Assembly: GCA_030587475.2 (NCBI GenBank) | Contig: JAUQYZ020000002.1 | Coordinates: forward strand, 1 to 15,218 | DNA: 15,218 nt | Direction: 5' to 3' | Origin: Candidatus Sigynarchaeum calidifontis | GTDB lineage: Archaea; Asgardarchaeota; Lokiarchaeia; Sigyniarchaeales; Sigyniarchaeaceae | The notes under the pieces: model-generated | What the model was told of the DNA's origin: nothing | The model's database searches: none | Seen by the model: only the letters and a program-made list of their open reading frames with translations | Made by a program: the position numbers and the translations under genes | Shown: positions 7,351 to 13,267 of the stretch, piece by piece | How positions within the stretch are numbered: the first letter of the stretch is position 1 | Layout of the letters: every line of letters begins with the position of its first letter

Positions 7351-7581
7351 TTACTGTAAATGTTTACATGATCTTGCTTTGTGCCCGATCTCGCCGAGCT
7401 CGGGGTAAATCCAATGGCCGCGAAGCTGGACAGCGTGGGAGATCGGCAGCTGCGGGCTCATCTCCTTGAGATAGCCGATGGCGGGCGGCACGGCCACGGC
7501 GGGCGCGGGGGTACCGGCGAAGTCGCAATGCACGGCACGCGGGCGCAGGTCGAGGCCGAGCAGCCGAGGTTGAGACGCCAT
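7351..7581 (-). pseudogene. N-terminal fragment of an actin-related protein (76-aa ORF)
   Basis: DLRPRAVHCDFAGTPAPAVAVPPAIGY aligns without gaps to actin [27 protein letters not shown] (9/27 identical, including FAG, AP, P, G). Confidence 0.55.
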
Positions 7582-7604
7582 GAAGGTTCGCTTTTTCGCG
7601 TTTC
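7546..7604. repeat. Direct repeat, copy 2 (start of actin-like gene)
   Basis: 51/59 identical to 6333-6391 at an offset of 1213 bp. Confidence 0.85.
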
Positions 7605-7638
7605 GATTGCCGGACGAAGACAATAATTGCTATGTCAG

Positions 7639-7890
7639 ACCCCTTCATTTCGAGTGACCGGATCGCAGATCGAAGGGTTGAATCACGCAAGCCAATGAAG
7701 TTGCTAGTTTCTTCCGGTATTAAGTTCTGGATTAATACAGACGTATATAAAATGGCAAACAAAGAACTAACGGGTATTTCTAATTTTATCATTAGCGATT
7801 GTTAACTTTACGAACTCATCCTTTCTAATTTTACCTGGTTCCACTCGAAACGGGGGGGTGACTTGGCGGACGGGATGCCATCAAGTGTAA
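7639..7890. other. Candidate replication origin: inverted ORB-like boxes flanking an AT-rich region
   Basis: Plus strand 7838-7859 GTTCCACTCGAAACGGGGGGGT and minus strand 7660-7639 CGGTCACTCGAAATGAAGGGGT. 7721-7830 is 78/110 A+T. Mini-ORB-like TTACACTTGA on the minus strand at 7890-7881. Confidence 0.55.
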
Positions 7891-8270
7891 GACACGTTCA
7901 CGCCTTGTGAATTCCGTACATCCGTGTCCTCGGATTCCTGATGCTTTCACGCGGGTCGGCAGCTCGCGGAACAAGCTTCTTATACGTCGAGAAATTCGAT
8001 CGGGTTACTAGCATGGGGATAGAGGGCCGTGCCCGTGAAAGCGTCGTGTGGACGGGCGGGACGGCCGACAAAAATGCTTTTTTGATCGAACAATGCCGCC
8101 CTCCGTGGTTTTTGTCGTACGCAGGAGCAGGACGGAACCGGGCGGTTTTTCGTGGGCTCGTTCACGAATAGTTCGAATCGGAAGATTTTTTCTCGGGCTC
8201 GTGAATTTCTGAACCGCGTGGACATATTTTCCAGGTATATACGCGGAAACATGTCAACCGACAAATTCAT

Positions 8271-8285
8271 AAAAAAGTTTAAAAG
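8271..8285 (+). promoter_or_regulatory. BRE/TATA-like promoter of the winged-helix gene
   Basis: AAAAAAG-TTTAAAA upstream of SD GGAGGT (8368-8373) and ATG 8381. Confidence 0.5.
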
Positions 8286-8380
8286 TGCATGAGCGGAAAA
8301 ACTACTTGGAGCTGGCACGTTTTTCGCGACCTTTTCGGGCGGAAAACCTGGCACTTCACACACGCGCGGAGGTACCCTTC

Positions 8381-8656
8381 ATGGAATCCGATTCTCACGT
8401 TTCGTCAAGCCTCTCGAACGAGAGGAGCAAGTCGATTTCGCCAATCGAGGCCCAATTGATCTCGGTTTTGAAAGAAGGAGGGCCATTAACACGGGATCAG
8501 CTGGTCAAGAAGCTGTCGATCCCGCGAACCACGATTTACGACGGGTTGAAGAAGCTCATGCAGCGAAACGAGGTCAAGAAATACCCGTTTTACCAACCGG
8601 AACGAGCCCGTGGCCGGCCACATGTCCTCTTTTCGCTGCTAGATGACAAGAAGTAA
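8381..8656 (+). CDS. Small winged-helix DNA-binding protein (TrmB N-terminal-like)
   Basis: LKEGGPLTRDQLVKKLSIPRTTIYDGLKKL HTH and RGRP wing. Strong SD sequence. Confidence 0.88.
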   Translation: MESDSHVSSSLSNERSKSISPIEAQLISVLKEGGPLTRDQLVKKLSIPRTTIYDGLKKLMQRNEVKKYPFYQPERARGRPHVLFSLLDDKK

Positions 8657-8681
8657 ACAAGGGCCATTATTTCCGAGCTAC

Positions 8682-8708
8682 TTGTTTTTTTCCTCCTATT
8701 TTTCCTTC
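8682..8708 (+). terminator. Oligo-T archaeal terminator
   Basis: TTGTTTTTTTCCTCCTATTTTTCCTT tract about 25 nt after the stop of the wHTH gene. Confidence 0.45.
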
Positions 8709-9110
8709 CTCGTGTCGATGCTTGTCTCTGCTCGACTTGCAAAGCGGGTCACTCGTGCAACGCTCTAATGGAACGCCGCACTCTTCCCCCTCGAGCAAAA
8801 CGTGTTGCTCGTGTATCGCGTTTGGATTTTGCCAAGGCGTGAAAGGATGTCATCTGGTGATCAACCCATTTCGGCCGAGAAGGGCAAATCAATTCACGCA
8901 AGGCGATGCCACTTCTGCCGCTGCGCATCGATGAAAGACGATTCTGTCGCGGCGACACGGCAAAATCTCGACAAGATGGGTACCGAAGGGAATAAATAGT
9001 CGAAACCAGAACATCATTTGAGAACAAGTTGTTGTTTAGGAATGTAGGTAATTCATTCGTCAATTGACCATCCTCGATGGTATCCAAGCACTCGGGATTG
9101 CGATGTACCG

Positions 9111-9674
9111 ATGTCATTGCAAACATTTATCTTGAAAATCGTCGTCGGGGGCGCTGGCGGCGTTGGGAAGACCACGTTGCTGCACCGGTACCTGCACGGG
9201 CTTTTCAAGGACGACACGACGATGACCATCGGCGTTTCGTTCGTCACCAAGGAGGTAACGCGGCCGAACGCGAAGATCAAGCTCAGCCTGTGGGACCTGG
9301 GCGGCCAGGACAGGTTCCGGTTCTTGCAGAAAAGTTACATCCAGGGTGCCAGGGCGGGCATCGTGTTTTTCGACATGACTCGCATCGACACGATGGTGCA
9401 AGTCAAGGATTGGGTCACCATGTTCCGGGAATGCGTTTCGCCCCAGATGCCCATCGTGCTCGCGGGCGCCAAGTATGACCTGGTCGATCCGGGCATGCTG
9501 GAGACCACGAACGAGTTCGCGATGGAGACGCTGAACCAGCTCAACCTGTCGACCTACTTTATGACGTCATCCAGGACCGGCATGAACGTCAACGAGCTCT
9601 TCAACTATTTGGTCGACGTGATCATCGGCCAGCCTTGTCATGAGAAGGTCTCCGCGGCGGCGACGGTCGAGTGA
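9111..9674 (+). CDS. Ras-superfamily (Rab-like) small GTPase
   Basis: G1 GAGGVGKTT, G2 TIG, G3 WDLGGQ, G4 AKYD, G5 TSSR. RabF-like motifs IGVSF, KLSLW, RFRFLQ, YIQGA, VFFDMT. Confidence 0.95.
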   Translation: MSLQTFILKIVVGGAGGVGKTTLLHRYLHGLFKDDTTMTIGVSFVTKEVTRPNAKIKLSLWDLGGQDRFRFLQKSYIQGARAGIVFFDMTRIDTMVQVKDWVTMFRECVSPQMPIVLAGAKYDLVDPGMLETTNEFAMETLNQLNLSTYFMTSSRTGMNVNELFNYLVDVIIGQPCHEKVSAAATVE

Positions 9675-9833
9675 GGGTTGGCTCGGTTCACGGCCAACTT
9701 TTATCTCACTACAGAAGCCGATTTAACCGCCGGATACCGATTTAATTCCTCCTCGATGCGATATTACAACTCGAGCGCGGCATCGAGGGAAAAACCAGCC
9801 ATTCGCCGAAGATAATTTTCGGCCAGCACCGCA

Positions 9834-10388
9834 ATGTCCGAAGAAACATACATTTTCAAGGTCGTGGTCGGCGGCGCGGGCGGCGTGGGGAAGACCACGT
9901 TGCTCCACAGGTATCTGCACGGCAAGTTCCTTCCTGGCTCGGCCATGACCATCGGTGTCGAGTTTCACAGCAAGGACATTTACTTGAACCAGCTGCAGAA
10001 AAAGATAAAGCTCGCCTTGTGGGACCTGGGCGGCCAGCAGCGCTTCCGGTTCTTACAATCGGGTTATTCTGCCGGCGCGAAAGCCGGCATCGTGTTTTTT
10101 GACATGACCCGCATCGACACGATGGACCAAGTCAAGGATTGGGTTAACATGTTTCGCAAGCACGCGTCCCCGGGCTTGCCCATCTTGCTCGGCGGGACCA
10201 AGCTTGACCTGGTGGATGCTGACGTGATCGAGCAGGTGAACCATTACGCCAGGGAAACGGCCGCCAATCTCTGCATGCCGGCGTACATCGCCACGTCATC
10301 GAAGACCGGGCAAGGCGTGAACGAGATCTTCACGTACATCGTCGACACGCTCGTCGTGCAGTCTCAAGATGCGAAGGAAAGAAGTTGA
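9834..10388 (+). CDS. Ras-superfamily (Rab-like) small GTPase, tandem paralogue
   Basis: G1 GAGGVGKTT, G2 TIG, G3 WDLGGQ, G4 TKLD, G5 TSSK. RabF-like motifs IGVEF, KLALW, RFRFLQ, YSAGA, VFFDMT. Confidence 0.95.
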   Translation: MSEETYIFKVVVGGAGGVGKTTLLHRYLHGKFLPGSAMTIGVEFHSKDIYLNQLQKKIKLALWDLGGQQRFRFLQSGYSAGAKAGIVFFDMTRIDTMDQVKDWVNMFRKHASPGLPILLGGTKLDLVDADVIEQVNHYARETAANLCMPAYIATSSKTGQGVNEIFTYIVDTLVVQSQDAKERS

Positions 10389-10452
10389 AAACAAATACAA
10401 GCCTTTCCATCGCGCGCGGGCTTGGAACACGGAACGTCATTCTTTTCTGGTC

Positions 10453-11253
10453 TCAAAGGCCGAGAAATTTCCCGATCGCTGTCGCGACCTCGTCCGTGTG
10501 CAGCAGCTGGGCCTCGTGGTTCCCGCCCTTGATCGTGTAGAGGATCGCGCCGGGAACCAGCGATTGAATCTTCTTCGATGCATCGTAGCCCAGTGACCTG
10601 TCGTTCTCGCTACCGATGACGAGCGTTGGCACCTTGATCTGGGGAAGCCACGGCTCCGAGAAAAAGTATTTCCTTGTGATTTGTATCAAGGCCCTCCGAA
10701 ACGCGACGGGGGACGTACGGCTGGTGCTCTCGGCTACTGCCTCGGCCAGCTTGTCCTTTGGATAATCTTTCGGGAATGCGCGCTTGAACGCCATGGTAAC
10801 GAGCGTCTTGAACGGCAAGATCTTGCCCATCAAGATCTCGATCCCCGACGCCTTGAGGTAGGGAGCGGTCGCGAGCAAGACGAGCTTCTCGATGCGGTCG
10901 GGCGCGTTTTTCGCAATGGCCTGCGCTACCATCCCGCCCAGGCTGTGGCCAAGCAAGATCACCTTGCTGATCTTCAAGCCATCGAGGAACCCGATGATGT
11001 CCTTGGCGAACGACTCGATGGAATAGGATTGATCCGTCTCTGGCTTGTCTTCTCGCCGGCCGGATAAGCCAAACCCGGGAAGATCCAGCGTGTACACGTG
11101 GAGCTTGTACTTGTCGACGAGCAACTTTGCGAGGGGCTCCATGAACTTCGCTTGCGAGCCAAGCCCGTGCTGGAGCAACACGGGCGTGCCCTTGTTTTCC
11201 GCGCCGAATTCGTTATAGTTCAATTCCAGCGCGTTGACCGTGATTGTTGGCAT
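10453..11253 (-). CDS. Alpha/beta hydrolase
   Basis: HGLG oxyanion motif, DLPGFGLS, GHSLGG nucleophile elbow, GSEND acid, GGNH histidine. SD GGTGA at 11260-11264. Confidence 0.93.
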   Translation of the reverse strand: MPTITVNALELNYNEFGAENKGTPVLLQHGLGSQAKFMEPLAKLLVDKYKLHVYTLDLPGFGLSGRREDKPETDQSYSIESFAKDIIGFLDGLKISKVILLGHSLGGMVAQAIAKNAPDRIEKLVLLATAPYLKASGIEILMGKILPFKTLVTMAFKRAFPKDYPKDKLAEAVAESTSRTSPVAFRRALIQITRKYFFSEPWLPQIKVPTLVIGSENDRSLGYDASKKIQSLVPGAILYTIKGGNHEAQLLHTDEVATAIGKFLGL

Positions 11254-11311
11254 GTCACTTCACCGGGAGAACATGTTCACGGGTAGCTTAAAGACTTGGC
11301 CATGATCGTCG

Positions 11312-13159
11312 TCATCGGCCCGATTCCACTGCCGTGCCATGTCGCTCGAGGACACGATACGAGCCGGGGAACAATTTCGGCGCGGCAGCCTTGAGGGCGG
11401 GATACGCAATGGTGATGGCCAGCAAGCAGATCAGCACGACGAGGGACTCGTCGTTCGTATAAAGGTCGTATATCACCGCGGCGTTCGGGTTGAAGAACCC
11501 TTGCCGTCCTATCTTGAAATTCATCGACGAGATCGGGTACACGATAGTGAGCCCGGCGTGCCATGATGCTGCGAGGTCCTCGATCGCGTCGATCCCGTAG
11601 TAGTCCAGCAAGCCGAATCCCTCGATCCTCGTCGGGTCCCCGTAGCTATTCAAGTGGAACACGCTCACCGCGTGGAAGCCCATGGCCTTGGGATAGAGGA
11701 TCTCGCGCTTCATGGCGTCCCAGCCGTCGACACCGTCATAGCGATAGCGCTGGGGCTTTCTATCGAGTGAATTGTTGCCCTCCGTGTACCCCTCCGCGAA
11801 CCAGTCGACGCCGGTCAGGCCGACGATCGGCACCGCGGCCCCCGTCCCGAGATATTTCTTCGCGAGCACGAGGTAGTTGTGCAAGAACGACGGGTTGTCC
11901 GCCGGGTCCAGCCTGTAGAGCATGAAATGGTGGTCGGTCCACGAGTTCGGCGGGAGACCAAGTTCCCTCCTGCCCACGACGAGTTCCTGGTCGCCGTCGA
12001 CGAAATCTTGCAGCGCTTGCGGGCCGTAGCACAAGACGGTCTCGAACGTCCCCCGGGCTGGATTGGGATGTGCCAGCGACGCGTTCGTCCGCACCTCCTT
12101 GAGAAAGGCATCGTACATGTCGATATTCGCCCGGTACACGTTGTACGGCGCGTCGATATTCGCCTCGCTGTCGGCGCAAATGCCGATCACGTTCGTGAGG
12201 TTCTCGGCGATGACGAATTCGAGCACCTCCCGGGCGTGCCGGATCCACGATTCGGGGTATCCAGGTCCAGGGAAGTCGCCCGAGTCATCCCAGATGGTCC
12301 AGCACATGGTCAGGTTGAATGCATCGAGCACCTTCAGCCAGGCGATGGTCTGGTTCCGCTGGGCCTGGTTGCCAATTCCAAGGCTCGCGTAAAACGTCGT
12401 GTTCATGGCACCGAATGCCATTAACGTCCGGTTCTGATCGAGTGTTAGCATGCCGAGGTCGATATTCTGCGTGCCCGGGACTTGAGCATTGCCGAGAAAA
12501 TTGGGCAAATCCCACACGCACAGGTTACAATCGTCGTTGGTGTCGACGATGGAGATCGTGCGTTTCACGGTGCCTTCAGCAACGGCGAGATCCGTGACCA
12601 GCGGGGCAACGAGGATGACCGCGAGAAGCGACAGGAAGGCGAGCCCGCTCTTGACCCTCGTGATCGGCCGGGCCGGGCGCAGCATGGCCCCGTGCTGGAA
12701 GAAACTCACGATCGCCCCGATGCCTGCCCCGAAGAGATATCCTACCCCGATGAGGATCGCGACGCTCCAGGCGAGGAGGAGCAAAGTAGTCCCGGCAAAA
12801 TACGACAAGGCCAGGTCCAGCGAGCCGAGATACTCGTAGAAGAAAATCCACGCGTACACGGTAACGACGCTGGTGACCAACCACGATAGCCACTCGACGA
12901 GCGGCCCCAGGTTCCCCCGCCCGCACGTGGCGAGCAGCACGAAACACCCGCCGCCGAGAAACCCGTCGAACACGAGGGTCGGGTATATCGTTTCGGGAAG
13001 GATATCGTTGCAAAACAAGACGGCCGCCGTGTACACGTGCAGCACCACGACGAACGCGAGCCCCGATGCGATGCTGGCCTTGGCAAACGATTCCAGGAAT
13101 ACCCGCGACTTGTGCTGGTACCGGTGCACCGCCAGCGGGTTTTTACTCGATGTGTTCAT
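11312..13159 (-). CDS. Hypothetical membrane protein (multi-TM N-terminus, large soluble domain, C-terminal TM)
   Basis: 615-aa ORF with GC3-rich codons, about 5 hydrophobic segments in the first 190 aa and one near the C-terminus (LVVLICLLAITIAYP). GGGGAGA SD-like site upstream. Confidence 0.8.
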   Translation of the reverse strand: MNTSSKNPLAVHRYQHKSRVFLESFAKASIASGLAFVVVLHVYTAAVLFCNDILPETIYPTLVFDGFLGGGCFVLLATCGRGNLGPLVEWLSWLVTSVVTVYAWIFFYEYLGSLDLALSYFAGTTLLLLAWSVAILIGVGYLFGAGIGAIVSFFQHGAMLRPARPITRVKSGLAFLSLLAVILVAPLVTDLAVAEGTVKRTISIVDTNDDCNLCVWDLPNFLGNAQVPGTQNIDLGMLTLDQNRTLMAFGAMNTTFYASLGIGNQAQRNQTIAWLKVLDAFNLTMCWTIWDDSGDFPGPGYPESWIRHAREVLEFVIAENLTNVIGICADSEANIDAPYNVYRANIDMYDAFLKEVRTNASLAHPNPARGTFETVLCYGPQALQDFVDGDQELVVGRRELGLPPNSWTDHHFMLYRLDPADNPSFLHNYLVLAKKYLGTGAAVPIVGLTGVDWFAEGYTEGNNSLDRKPQRYRYDGVDGWDAMKREILYPKAMGFHAVSVFHLNSYGDPTRIEGFGLLDYYGIDAIEDLAASWHAGLTIVYPISSMNFKIGRQGFFNPNAAVIYDLYTNDESLVVLICLLAITIAYPALKAAAPKLFPGSYRVLERHGTAVESGR

Positions 13160-13267
13160 GTTAACTCGTTCTCCCCGGATTCTTCAAATAATTTTCTCCC
13201 ACACGTCCGTCCGATTCGGAATTACCGGATTCATGATTAGAACTTGGCACGCACGACGCTTTCGATA

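Noticed and set aside
126-7640. Integron cassette array (attC sites) or CRISPR array explaining the TA cluster
   Set aside because: No recurring RYYYAAC..GTTRRRY hairpins after stop codons, mixed gene orientations, no integrase, and no regularly spaced repeats.
7364-7792. 142-aa ORF with HTH-looking LRDSTLRSAIRSLEMKG
   Set aside because: LEMKG is simply the translation of the ORB core. The 4.9-kb copy has a stop and many second-position changes in this frame, and the 3' half is out of frame with the actin-like fragment. A degraded HTH gene is not fully excluded.
8031-8057. Archaeal SECIS-like stem with GAA
   Set aside because: The upper stem after GAA does not pair, and there is no gene with an in-frame TGA nearby.
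9711-9727. ACAGAAGCCGATTTAAC resembling the 3' end of RNase P RNA
   Set aside because: The intergenic gap is only 159 bp and has no GAGGAAAGTCC-type 5' P4 strand.
11638-11660. ORB-like GTTCCACTTGAATAGCTACGGGG on the minus strand
   Set aside because: Lies inside the 615-aa CDS (VFHLNSYG), with no partner box or AT-rich flank.
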